64,000 bases of DNA from a virus. Lineage: Duplodnaviria > Caudoviricetes. A program made the position numbers and the translations under genes. The notes under the pieces are model-generated. The model did not search any database, was not told the DNA's origin, and was given only the letters and a program-made list of their open reading frames with translations. Location: positions 160,001-224,000 of the IMG/VR virus record IMGVR_UViG_3300021387_001774; one strand, written 5' to 3'. Position 1 is the first letter of the stretch, and the number at the start of each line of letters is the position of its first letter. Below, piece by piece: positions 9,846 through 20,700 of the stretch.

Positions 9846-10622
9846 TTACTCCTTTTGATTCAAAAGTTTAGTTATTTCTTCATTGGTTATTTTAGAAACC
9901 CTATCTTCCAATAAGAGTTTATCCAATTTCTCCACAGTCAATAACGTTTTATTAGAAGCATTAATTACTGTAGGTTTATATTCATAGTTCTTAGGAACTT
10001 CCAATTCTGCAGAATGATTTGCTGTTAACCATTCTATATATTTAGATCTTGTATGTTCTGGTATAAAACGTTCATATTCTTTATAAAACTTTTCATAATT
10101 ACCAATAATAAGATCAGGATGAATATCAAGTTTTCCATCATGAACCTGTTGATGTGATGTTGGATCTAGTGGAACTAAACCAACCATAAATTTATAATGA
10201 AGCATAGCTACTTCTTTACAGACTTCCATTTCTAGTACATATGGTTCTTCACTATTTAATTCGTCAAGTTGTTTATTCACTACAGCTTCAGTATAATCAA
10301 ACAATGTAAATGGATGATGATGAAATTCAAGTTTCATTCCATTGTCTACAGAATATCCTTTAAAGAAAACACAAGATTTAACATCAAGTGTTTTCTTTAG
10401 CATATCTATAAACCAAGAATATTCAAACGAAGGACGTATTAATGTTTCAAAGTATTTTACTAACTCAGCTTTATTAGACTCATTAATAAAATACCTTTCA
10501 TCATACGGCTCTTCATCAATTAAATCATCATCTATATCATAAACCATTTCTTTAGAAGTTTTCAATATCTTATTTTCAATTTCTTTCTCCAGTTTTTCAG
10601 CACGATCTTCTAATTTAGCCAT
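9846..10622 (-). CDS. HNH-like conserved jumbo-phage protein, paralog of 59987-60694
   Basis: C-x-FF...LEFHHHPFTLFDY...LHYK..VGLVPL...HQQVH. Confidence 0.75.
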   Translation of the reverse strand: MAKLEDRAEKLEKEIENKILKTSKEMVYDIDDDLIDEEPYDERYFINESNKAELVKYFETLIRPSFEYSWFIDMLKKTLDVKSCVFFKGYSVDNGMKLEFHHHPFTLFDYTEAVVNKQLDELNSEEPYVLEMEVCKEVAMLHYKFMVGLVPLDPTSHQQVHDGKLDIHPDLIIGNYEKFYKEYERFIPEHTRSKYIEWLTANHSAELEVPKNYEYKPTVINASNKTLLTVEKLDKLLLEDRVSKITNEEITKLLNQKE

Positions 10623-11829
10623 AATAGAAATTTACTCCTAAATTAAATACTGGAAGATTTTCTTCAGAAATATATATAATTCTATTATTTACTTTATCAA
10701 ATACTGCTTCTTCTGGTATAGTATCAGAATTAATTATCTTTTCAATAACTGGATCCTTATTAACATTATAAATAGTAGGATACATAGTTTTTATAAACTC
10801 TTTAAAAATATGCAAAACGTTCAATTCGTCAATATAAGGATTATTTTCTTTATTATTATTTGATGAAATTTCTATCATTCTAAGTTTGACTGGGAATTCT
10901 GGTAATTTATTTTCAATCTGACCGAATATTCCTGCATTGATATAATCAATAAAACCATTAAACTTATCAAATTCAGCTTTATTCTTAAACAATTTACCAT
11001 TAACTGGTTCAAAAGTAAGTTTTAGTTTACTTTTATAATCTTTATAGTTATAAACAAAGAATGGATCAACAATTGAACCAATATAATCGATAGTAATTTT
11101 ATCATTAGAAACATTCATTGTTGCACCATCAATTGTATCGTAGAGCAATGTTGTTTTACCAAGACTTAACATAAATGGATTAGCATTAAATGATGCAGAT
11201 ACAACACCATCAACTTTATCACTAAATGATAATTGATAGTCTTTAAGTTTTGTCATACATTCGATAGAATTTGCTGAAAATAATGGAATAGCAGTATTCC
11301 TATTTACAAATGTAATATAAGATGAATCAATTACAGAATCATAAAGATCTATATACAATCTAGAATTCTTTCTCAAATCATCTGCATTAAATTTAAGACA
11401 ATATTTATCAAGTTCAGCTAAAGTTCTATGTAATGCAAGAATATATTTCTTAGCATGAATTGTATTTGAAATATTTGCTTCAGTTATAGCCATACCAAAC
11501 GTTGCTACAGCCGTTGTTAAGCTTTTTACATTTATTGCTACTTTGGTAACGAATCTGTTTATCGTTGTATTTAAAGCTTTTGGGAAACGATTTATATACA
11601 TATCGTTTAACATGTATTTGATAACTTTATTAAAGAAAATATCCATCTGAGCTTCATGATCTATATAAACATAAGAACGTTCATCAAAAACTTTATCATC
11701 ATCTCCATCATTAGTATAACAACTACACAGGTATTTAAAAAATACAGGAGTGGATACTTTACCGTCTGAAAAATTTGTAACATCATCAAGTTTTATTCCA
11801 AATTTGTTACTTAATATATCTGTTAACAT
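10615..11829 (-). CDS. hypothetical protein
   Basis: 404 aa, AAGGAG SD. Confidence 0.8.
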   Translation of the reverse strand: MLTDILSNKFGIKLDDVTNFSDGKVSTPVFFKYLCSCYTNDGDDDKVFDERSYVYIDHEAQMDIFFNKVIKYMLNDMYINRFPKALNTTINRFVTKVAINVKSLTTAVATFGMAITEANISNTIHAKKYILALHRTLAELDKYCLKFNADDLRKNSRLYIDLYDSVIDSSYITFVNRNTAIPLFSANSIECMTKLKDYQLSFSDKVDGVVSASFNANPFMLSLGKTTLLYDTIDGATMNVSNDKITIDYIGSIVDPFFVYNYKDYKSKLKLTFEPVNGKLFKNKAEFDKFNGFIDYINAGIFGQIENKLPEFPVKLRMIEISSNNNKENNPYIDELNVLHIFKEFIKTMYPTIYNVNKDPVIEKIINSDTIPEEAVFDKVNNRIIYISEENLPVFNLGVNFYYG

Positions 11830-11920
11830 AAAAACTCCTTAATTATTAATTTATCAAAATATATAATAATATATTTAAAAGATTAATTATTTATATATTT
11901 TGTATATGAGGAGTTCATAT

Positions 11921-12691
11921 ATGAGTGTGACAGTTGACAAAGTCATAAACAATAACATCAATTCACATATAATAAATTCAAATATAGTTGAGTATAATAT
12001 AGCTAAAGCTTATCCAACTATTCTCTCAATGTTAGATCCAAGGTATGAATATTTATTAGACTTAAGTAAAGATCAATACATCGAAGAAATAAATAAGATA
12101 TTTTCCTTGAATAAGGGTATAAAGAAAGATATAGAAAATAAAACAATTGAATTATACAATGACTGGTTAACTAGAAATAGAATAAACAAGAATAACTTTA
12201 TTGCGACAACGACTGATAGTATTATTATAAATAATCAATTAGCACCTATAAATAATATTGGTGATCTAGTATTTAGAAATAAAGACAAGATATCTTACAC
12301 AAGTTTATTTTATATAAATAAAGATATCTATATTCTATTTGATAGAATTACAAAGAAATTAAGAATATGTGGAGTATATAAAGATCCATTCATCAATACT
12401 TATCCTTTTGTAAATAAAGTACTTAAGGATTTGTGTTGTATATGTAACGAATATACATATGAAACGAAATATGATTGTTTAAGACGTATAGGAAAATTAC
12501 GTTATAAATATATCTGTTCAGATGATAAAACTATTTATGGAGATATACTCCATAATGGTGATTATAAATATAATATAGATGGAAACTTTGTATATACACC
12601 AGAATTATATACTTCTAAAGACGATATAAATCTTGTGATTGAAGATAATTACATGAATTTTATTCTACCTTTAATTCAAAGTCTGTTCTAG
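11921..12691 (+). CDS. divergent family-B DNA polymerase palm-like protein
   Basis: IVEYNIAKAYPTIL resembles motif A (DxxSxYP) and TTTDSIII resembles motif C; start moved to ATG 11921 after the GAGGAG SD. Confidence 0.55.
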   Translation: MSVTVDKVINNNINSHIINSNIVEYNIAKAYPTILSMLDPRYEYLLDLSKDQYIEEINKIFSLNKGIKKDIENKTIELYNDWLTRNRINKNNFIATTTDSIIINNQLAPINNIGDLVFRNKDKISYTSLFYINKDIYILFDRITKKLRICGVYKDPFINTYPFVNKVLKDLCCICNEYTYETKYDCLRRIGKLRYKYICSDDKTIYGDILHNGDYKYNIDGNFVYTPELYTSKDDINLVIEDNYMNFILPLIQSLF

Positions 12692-12702
12692 GGAGGAACG
12701 TA

Positions 12703-13095
12703 ATGAATATATTTAAACGGTACAAACAAATGGAAATCTATTATTCTGAAATACGAATAATTAATAAGTGTACTTCAGATATAAAAGATCTGATGCATGA
12801 AACATCTATAATAACAAATAAACTCTTAGATATAGAAAAGAAATTATCCAATGTGGATAAAAATGATGAATCTATGAAAGCAGCATTATTAATAAATTAT
12901 GAAACAGAAGAAAAAGAACTTGAATCGATTGTTGAAAAAGCTATAAATTATGGTATAAGTAAATTTGGTCTATGGCTAAGGAGAAAAAGAAATGACAAAA
13001 CTATTATCTATATTTCTCATTTCTGTAGAAAAAATATCGATTACTTATTAAAGAAACAAGAAAAAATAACAAAGAAAATTAAGTCTTGGTTCTAA
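12703..13095 (+). CDS. hypothetical coiled-coil protein
   Basis: 130 aa, GGAGG SD. Confidence 0.7.
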   Translation: MNIFKRYKQMEIYYSEIRIINKCTSDIKDLMHETSIITNKLLDIEKKLSNVDKNDESMKAALLINYETEEKELESIVEKAINYGISKFGLWLRRKRNDKTIIYISHFCRKNIDYLLKKQEKITKKIKSWF

Positions 13096-13100
13096 TATAT

Positions 13101-13124
13101 AAGAGTACACATATGTGTACTCTT
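13101..13124 (+). terminator. intrinsic terminator
   Basis: Perfect palindrome AAGAGTACACATATGTGTACTCTT followed by a T-tract. Confidence 0.8.
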
Positions 13125-13251
13125 TATTTTTTTGTTTACTGTTCAAACTATACTGTCTAATCATATATTATATTTATGGAAGATAGAAATAGAGTAGGGT
13201 GTTACCGCACCCTACTCTATAAATTTAATTATCTTTCAAGGAGGTGATTGT

Positions 13252-13419
13252 ATGGTAAGAAAATACATCTATTTTACATCCAAAATGGATGAGAATGGAA
13301 ATGTATGTAAAGACCCCGATTTTATTCTTCTCGATAGAGATGAATATAAACGAACCCTAGGGGTTTATCCAGAACAAACTGGAGCCAGCTCAATGCTAGT
13401 TCCAAAAGACTGGAGATAA
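13252..13419 (+). CDS. 55-aa small protein, paralog of 55948-56094 (absent from the ORF track)
   Basis: AAGGAGGTG SD; MVRKYIYFTSKMDENGNVCKDPDFILLDRDEYKRTLGVYPEQTGASSMLVPKDWR; KY.Y, DE.GN, L.RDE[YF].R, P...GA conserved with the paralog. Confidence 0.8.
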   Translation: MVRKYIYFTSKMDENGNVCKDPDFILLDRDEYKRTLGVYPEQTGASSMLVPKDWR

Positions 13420-13493
13420 GACATACTTTCTTATTCTCTCATGGGCTCAAAGAAAGATAATATACTATAATGTATATTATTAAATAGAAAAAT

Positions 13494-13576
13494 AAACTCC
13501 ATAATGAAGACTCGTTGAAGACATTATGGAGTTTGACAGGTCAACTGATATTAACGTATCAGTACCTGTTTTTTTT
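13494..13576 (+). ncRNA. putative two-hairpin structured RNA (cassette 3' element)
   Basis: 13-bp stem 13494-13506/13522-13534 covaries with copy 2; ACAGGT/ACCTGT stem followed by a U-tract. Confidence 0.6.
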
Positions 13577-15770
13577 ATTTTTTAAGCGTATAATAATCTC
13601 TAGTAAATTCACAAATATAATAATCTTTATCTACTTGGAACTCTGTATTCGTTGAAGGAACTCTTACATATTCATCGCCTTCTTTTGTGAAGTAGACTTG
13701 ATGTTGATTATAACCTAAAGCCTTTTCATCTTGGGAAACAAACCTGAATTCCTTTTTAAATGACGTTACATGAGCATCACCAATGTATGTTTTCTTTTCA
13801 GAGTCATATCTATAATAGACTGTATTCTCTATTGGACCATAAAGAAGTTCAGTATAGTTAAGTTTATGATAAGCATCATTTATCTTATCTCTTCTTACAA
13901 CTTGAAGTTTATAAGCAGAAACTCCTTCAAATACATCATCATATCCATGTCTATACCATTTCTCTGGAGCAAAGAAAACATTTTCACATTTATTTACAAA
14001 GTCATGACAAACACCATTCATTATAACAATATCATCAATATTCCAGTTTTCATTTATGAAATAGTTCTTTGTAGGTTTATTAAGTTTTATTTCTTCTCTA
14101 TTTTCTACAACTTCGATATCATAAGCTTTAGCAGCAATATTATCAAATTCGATAATAGCGTAAGTTCTATTTCTGAATTGTTCTACAACTACATCAAATG
14201 CTGAATGAGCATAATGATAGTTATCAGAACCAGAGGTTTCTCTCCACTCTTCTAGAGCTTGAGAATATTCTTGATATGCTGCATTGATACCTTCTTCATC
14301 GTCATTATGTAACTTTAAAAAGTCTTCAATCTTTGGTGATGCTACAATATCGTGAGATACTTGAGTAGAAAGATATTCTCTCATTCTTGAATACATTTCT
14401 GTGTAAAGAATATCGAATTCTAATTCGATAGTATTCAAGAATATAGATCCATCATCTTGTACTTCCCAAGAATCTTTATCAACAATCGTATTACCACAAA
14501 GAAGAATACTTTTATCTTTATTGACCTTATGTGAGAAATTAAGTTTATTTACCAACCAATAAGATTTGTTTGCTTCTTCTGCTACCGTTTTTAAAACCTT
14601 TCCCGTATGTAAAGGTTCAGTAAATGACGTTATAGAAATATTATCCCACTTGTAAATACGGATATCGAATACATAATTGTAACCAATCTTTTCTCTAGGT
14701 ATATCATATTTGATTATATCTATACCTTCTGCATTCTTTTCACCTACAGTTTTAGTACGAACTAAATAATCATCAATATTCACACCACTAATAAGTGTTT
14801 TAGGTTGTATAGCAGCATATTTAACAACGTCTTTAAGATATATTTGATTTTCTGATGGTCCTGGTATATAACCAACAATAACACCATTGAGAATGATAAA
14901 CAGATTAGTTAAATCTGTATATGGTTTATTCTCATTATCAATAAATGTCAATAATAAGTCATCAAACTTATGATTATTATTATTAGTATAAGTACCATTT
15001 GCAACAGTTTTTTCATCAATACTTGCTAATTTATAAGAGAATCTTGGCGAATTAGTAGCATGTACAGAATCTTTAGCATCCTTTTCTGTATCTGTAAATA
15101 CAATTCTAGGACACTCTTCAAACTTATATGTACCATCACCACGTTCAACAGAGTAAATGTAAGCGCTCTTATTGTATTGATCTCTTACAAAATACATAGC
15201 TTTAGGAATTTTGTTAACATCGGTAATTTGACAAAGAGTTACGAAATAATTATCTGTAAATGTACAATCGAATATTGTATTATCGCACACTTTAGTATAT
15301 ATAGAAGATTCCATAATATTTTCATTAATTGTACCTGTAAAGAAAGTACTGAAAATATTATCGGAATAATTTTTTACTGCAAAGTGAGGTCTAATCTTTC
15401 CAAGATCTATCCACTTACCATACTTATTTTTATAGTATTCATGTTGGAGTCCATATTTAAAAATCATTTCACGAATTACATCTAAGAAACGATATTGTCT
15501 ATGGGCTATATTTTTTTCTTCAGCAGTATCTATATAAGATGGTAAGACATGAAAAATAGGATGTAGACCAGATCTATCAACTCCAGCTTCATAGTTCTCA
15601 ATTCCATATGTAATATTTTGATCAGTTTGAGCATAGAGATAATCCAACGTAACTGCAATAGGAGTTATTCCATGCCCAAAATCAAATACTACAGTTCTAT
15701 TATAGAATTGATCAACCTTTTTAAAAGCTTGAGAAGTAGATATTACAGATTCAATAGCTAAATCTTCCAT
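13575..15770 (-). CDS. probable virion structural protein
   Basis: 731 aa, beta-rich with repeated LNG/MNG turns, last gene of a large operon preceded by the NACA-N6-TA motif. Confidence 0.7.
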   Translation of the reverse strand: MEDLAIESVISTSQAFKKVDQFYNRTVVFDFGHGITPIAVTLDYLYAQTDQNITYGIENYEAGVDRSGLHPIFHVLPSYIDTAEEKNIAHRQYRFLDVIREMIFKYGLQHEYYKNKYGKWIDLGKIRPHFAVKNYSDNIFSTFFTGTINENIMESSIYTKVCDNTIFDCTFTDNYFVTLCQITDVNKIPKAMYFVRDQYNKSAYIYSVERGDGTYKFEECPRIVFTDTEKDAKDSVHATNSPRFSYKLASIDEKTVANGTYTNNNNHKFDDLLLTFIDNENKPYTDLTNLFIILNGVIVGYIPGPSENQIYLKDVVKYAAIQPKTLISGVNIDDYLVRTKTVGEKNAEGIDIIKYDIPREKIGYNYVFDIRIYKWDNISITSFTEPLHTGKVLKTVAEEANKSYWLVNKLNFSHKVNKDKSILLCGNTIVDKDSWEVQDDGSIFLNTIELEFDILYTEMYSRMREYLSTQVSHDIVASPKIEDFLKLHNDDEEGINAAYQEYSQALEEWRETSGSDNYHYAHSAFDVVVEQFRNRTYAIIEFDNIAAKAYDIEVVENREEIKLNKPTKNYFINENWNIDDIVIMNGVCHDFVNKCENVFFAPEKWYRHGYDDVFEGVSAYKLQVVRRDKINDAYHKLNYTELLYGPIENTVYYRYDSEKKTYIGDAHVTSFKKEFRFVSQDEKALGYNQHQVYFTKEGDEYVRVPSTNTEFQVDKDYYICEFTRDYYTLKK

Positions 15771-15787
15771 TATCTACTCCTCTTAAA

Positions 15788-17731
15788 CTAAGCAATTACC
15801 TGCATAACTGTTTTAAACACTTCGATGTTAATTAACGTAGAAGTATCATCAACCTCAGTAACAAACTTAGCAAATATGAAGTTACCAGTTCTATTATTGT
15901 TAAGTAATTCATTAACAACATCGTCTTTGTATACATTAACTGTAACTTGAGATGCTGTTGTATTAATCTGTGTTAATGGTGAAATAGGAGTAAATGTTGC
16001 ATCCTTAACCATAAACAACTGTACTTTAGAAGGTTTAACAAGAATACCATTGATCATTCTAGCATACTGGTCTCTAATATAGATTCCTTCTGCATTAAGA
16101 CCCAATGTGATTGTCTTAGAAGCAATAGCATCTTCATACTTAATAGTAGCAAGATTACATTTATTAACAGTATTGTTATTCCATGCATATGTAAATGCAA
16201 GAGAACTAAATAGTCCATCTGTTTCATAACCAAATTGTCTGTAGTTTGTAATAGGCTGTACAAACAATCCTGTTCCAGCACCAGAACCGAACTTAGCAGT
16301 GAATCTAAGGTCTTGAAGAATACCATTAGATCTAACTTGGAAGTTGAACTCTGTATCTTGTGCTTGAATATTTTGTGTATATGTAAAGATAACACACTGT
16401 TGATAAGGATCGTATGTAACAGGACAAGCTGTGAAATCAACAAGAGTCTTTTCATCACCACTTGACTGCACAACTTTCTTACTATCATAGAATGCTTTAG
16501 AAGCATTTGTGATAATACCATCAGAGCTCATTGTGAATACTTTAAGCTTGTATACAACAACTTCAGAACCAATAGAAACGTTAAGATCTGTAACATTATC
16601 AGTCCAAATAACAGGAAGAACCTTATAAAGTTTAGTATAGTTATTTTCCATAACCTGGAACTCTATAGTTTCTTCAATCTTTGAACCAGTTGGATTACCG
16701 TCCGAATCTACTGTTGACCAATAAGTAAATGTTACTGGGAAACGATCGCCTACTGCAGCTCCAGTAGTATTTACATCCCAGCCTTCTCTAGTCAATACAG
16801 GTGTATCGAGTTTATCTGTAATAAGTTTTTCAATACCGTCATCATATACAGCAATAACAGCAAATGAAGTTGTCTTAGATAAATCTTCACCAGCATAAAT
16901 ACCATATACTTTAGAATCAGTATTAGCTGTAATATTATTCTTGAATACAGTAATCTTGAGTTTAACAACTCTAGCTGATGGCAATTGTGTGGCTGTATCA
17001 ACCATAGCTTGAACAGCTTGGAATTGCTTTGTATCAATCAATTCACCATCACTATTGAAGAATTCGACCACATAGAACTCACCATTTATCAATGAAGAAT
17101 ACTGAGCGTCATCAGGATTTGAATCTTCGAAAATCTTAGCTGTACCCATTCTTGTATATCTTGTACCATTGACTGCATCGTTCACAATATGCATACCAAT
17201 CTTAACATCAAGAAGAGTACCATCCTGAACCACCCCTGCAACATATACTTTTTGGTTATTTGTATTCAGAGTTTGTCTACTAATAGTATAATAACTGTAA
17301 TTTGTTGGGAATACTAATGCTGAATTTGGGAATAAAGTTTTTCTACCAATATCATAATAGAACTTATAAGTCTGACCATTATTATAAGCAGACATCAACT
17401 GATTCAAAACACCACGTGTTTCATAATACTTAAGAAGATCTGCTACTTGTTTTGTTTGAGAAGTATAAGTATATTTGATTTCTCCACTAATTGGATCTTT
17501 AGTGATATCTGCTACATAAATATTTCTATCATCGTCGTAGAACTGTTCACCCTGATATGGTGCCAGCAAGTTTGCATTAAGTTCTGCTCTTTCAGATTCA
17601 TCAAGATCTTTTATATATGGATTATCTTTCATTAAACGAATATTGATTATATTCGCAGCAAAGCGACCTTTATAACCATTCTTTGCTACTGAAGCATACG
17701 CTTGTCTTTCAGGACTTGTATCTTCTGCCAT
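15788..17731 (-). CDS. probable virion structural (baseplate/tail) protein
   Basis: 647 aa, Thr/Val/Asn-rich, Ig-like V.AVYDDG segment, AGGAG SD. Confidence 0.7.
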   Translation of the reverse strand: MAEDTSPERQAYASVAKNGYKGRFAANIINIRLMKDNPYIKDLDESERAELNANLLAPYQGEQFYDDDRNIYVADITKDPISGEIKYTYTSQTKQVADLLKYYETRGVLNQLMSAYNNGQTYKFYYDIGRKTLFPNSALVFPTNYSYYTISRQTLNTNNQKVYVAGVVQDGTLLDVKIGMHIVNDAVNGTRYTRMGTAKIFEDSNPDDAQYSSLINGEFYVVEFFNSDGELIDTKQFQAVQAMVDTATQLPSARVVKLKITVFKNNITANTDSKVYGIYAGEDLSKTTSFAVIAVYDDGIEKLITDKLDTPVLTREGWDVNTTGAAVGDRFPVTFTYWSTVDSDGNPTGSKIEETIEFQVMENNYTKLYKVLPVIWTDNVTDLNVSIGSEVVVYKLKVFTMSSDGIITNASKAFYDSKKVVQSSGDEKTLVDFTACPVTYDPYQQCVIFTYTQNIQAQDTEFNFQVRSNGILQDLRFTAKFGSGAGTGLFVQPITNYRQFGYETDGLFSSLAFTYAWNNNTVNKCNLATIKYEDAIASKTITLGLNAEGIYIRDQYARMINGILVKPSKVQLFMVKDATFTPISPLTQINTTASQVTVNVYKDDVVNELLNNNRTGNFIFAKFVTEVDDTSTLINIEVFKTVMQVIA

Positions 17732-17752
17732 AATTCTAAAATCTCCTATATA

Positions 17753-20700
17753 TTAATTATTACGTGACCGTATTGCTTGCTCAGCAAGTATTGCGGCTTG
17801 TAAATCGGGGTTTTCTGAATCAGGTGTAGTGTAATTACATACATCGACATCTGAACCTGTCCACATAACACCATTTCTATCTGGTGCTAATGGGAAATCT
17901 TCTGGATAAAGAATATTAGATAATCTATTGTTACACATTTCGATAACAGTATTATCCAATCTCGTTTCTTCATCGAATTGCTTAATATCTTCCTCAGAAT
18001 TACGTTTTTCTAAGATTTGAATAAGCATTTCGAAAAGCATACGTCTTCTTTCTCCAAAATTCATTGCTGGATAAACTATTTTAATTTTTTCTGTATCCCA
18101 ATCAACTTCATATGGTGGATTATTTACATCAGGTTTCAAACCGTCATAGAATCTTCCAGAATCAACAACAATATCAATTCTATTACCAATGATTACGTTT
18201 TCAAATACAGAGAAATAATTAAGAACTTGGGGATCAATATCTTGACCTTTAAATCCATAAGTTCTAGTTTTTCCAGACTTTGCTAACCAGTTGAGATACA
18301 TTATCTCTAGTGTATCTGTTAAATATGTATTTGTCTCTTCTTCAGCTAATGGATTTTCAGCTTGCTTTACAGAGTCAACATCGATAACAAAACCGTGATT
18401 ATCTCTATAAATATTGAAGAAGTTTCTAGCTTTTTCCCATGCTTCATACCTAAGCTCAATATCATCCAACGATGAATCTGGAGCAGGTATAGAAAGTTCA
18501 TAAGAAGAAGTCTTATCATATTCATAACCGTGTTCTTTAATATAATCTACATATTCTTTATAATATGGATTATCATAATCTTTACCCAAATCTCCAACGA
18601 AATCAGAATAATATGGGTCAACTTTATATACATAATCAATATTTGGTTTATTTCCATCAACATGTTTTGAAGGATCACAATTCCAGAAAATACTTTCAAG
18701 AAGTTTTTCAAATGGACTTGGTTCATAAAGATCTATATATTCTTTAAGTTCGATATCCTTATAAATACTATTTGTAGTAATAAGAATAGAACGTATAGGT
18801 CTTGTAATATTATGTACTCTTATAAGTTTATCAGAAAGAATATCTACGTCATATTCAGACATTTTTAATCCATTGACATAAATATTCATGTATTCTGTTG
18901 ATACAGGATATGGTAATTCAGAAAGATATACTAAACCAAATCTATTATCAATCTCCAAGTCATCATAACCTACGATAAGAATATTTGTTTTATTAGAATT
19001 GAACTGTACAACGATTTCATCATTATGAGCAGTTTGATTCTTGAATATTACATATGAAGTAGATAACTGGGGATTTTTCTCAGGATTCATGAATGTATAA
19101 TCTTTACCAAATATTAATTCTTTTTTATTCTTTGTAATAATAGGTTCTGAGTTATTTATATATGGAATATAATCATCCACAAAGTCTACAACTCTTTCAC
19201 CTAATTCATTAGTTTTATATGCTGTATAAGAGTTGTAAATAGGAATAAGAAGATCATTCTCTTCCATGTATGAGCCATCAGTATTATCAAAACGAATACT
19301 TTCACTTACGTTATATTGTTTTGCTAATAGATAGAAATTACCATTAGTTCTTCTAGCATCATATTCATGCAATTGAATTTCTATACTAAGTTCAGTTTCT
19401 GTCTTAGAAACAACTCTAAAATGTTTAACCATTCTCCATCCATATTTTTCTGGACCTGGATAAATATAATAGAATTCTTCGTTTCTAGAATCATACCAAT
19501 CTTTAGCTACTTTTTCAATAGCACAAATATCATCAGAAACTAAACCTTTTTCAAATGGTAAGTCGTCTATATTATACGTTTTCTTATATACGTATTCACC
19601 TTGTCTATTTATCTCTTGTGTAAATCCATTATTGATATTCTCTCTATAAATGGTTTTCTCTTTATAAGAGAGATCAAACTGGAACATTTCAACAATATTT
19701 ATACCAGACTTATATCCTGTTCCTTCATCATTTTCAACTAATGGAAGTAAAGCATCTTTACTAATAGTAATATAATCAAAATCGTTCTCACGTACTATAG
19801 TAACATATTTAGAATCAAGTATTTCATGATTCAAATATATTTTATAATAAACATTTTGTTCAGGATCAGTAATTTTAGAAATAGAACTCACGTTTATATC
19901 TTGAGTATTACCCATTACAATAAAGCGTTTACTCTTATTGCTGAATTGCTCTAGCAAACGTCTAAGCAAAGATGGTCTTTCAGAAATAAGCATCTTAGCT
20001 CTTTCTGAAGGAGACGAAGTATTGAATGCGAGATTATCATACTTTTTGATAGCTTTCTCTACATCAAATAATTCACCATTCTTAGAAAGCACATCTTTAA
20101 AAGATATATTGTATAAAGGATTATCAAAAACTGAATATGAAAGACTACCCTTCATCTTATCAACACATCTTTTTACACCAAGCATATTTAAAAGATAATA
20201 ATCATCTCCATAAGTTTTAAAACCGAGTTCATCTACTTTAAAACCTATATCTTCGATAAAGAAATCAATTTTAGTTTCATCGAAGGATTCAGCTACTTCT
20301 TTAGTATAATAAATAACATTTTCTTCGAAAGCATTCAAATGACCTAAACGTACATATTCATTATTAAGATTCTTTGTATAATAAATTTTATTTTGTGCAG
20401 GTGGTACACCAACTCTATGAGTAACCTTAACATATTTTTCTGTATCTACAGTATATTCAAAACTGTATCTGGATGTTTGAGTAATCTTTGTATCATCGAT
20501 TCTCTTTCCGTCATAAAAAAATGATACAGCAGATTTAGTTATAGGTCCACCAATAATATCAACAAAATAATTATCGTTCAAATAAAAATGAACTCTAGAT
20601 CCATTATTATTCATTACTGATTCATCAAATTTATGTCTATGAACTATATCTCCAAGAATATACAATTCAACATCGGAACCAATACAACTAGTAGGAAGTT

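Larger units (their letters stand above)
13137..13576 (+). repeat. dispersed cassette copy 1 (promoter, 5' hairpin, small ORF, structured RNA, terminator); homolog at 55837-56228
   Basis: Blocks shared with copy 2: TTACTGTTCAAACTATAC, GATAATATACTATAATGTATA.TATTAAATAGAAAAATA, TAATGAAG..TCGTTGAA.ACATTAT, TGACAGGTCAACT, AGTACCTGTTTTTT. Confidence 0.9.

Noticed and set aside
13492-13502. ATAAACTCCAT complementary to the RBS at 39921
   Set aside because: Buried in a stem and not conserved in cassette copy 2; likely chance.
13501-13570. Hammerhead or twister ribozyme (TGAAGA...GAA, TAATGAAG)
   Set aside because: No CUGANGA core or three-stem junction, and no twister downstream elements; TAATG is simply paired with CATTA.
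13575-15770. S/A-x-E prohead protease cleavage sites (LAIE, ISVE, FSLE, VAIE in several proteins)
   Set aside because: The motif is too short to distinguish from chance without proteomics.
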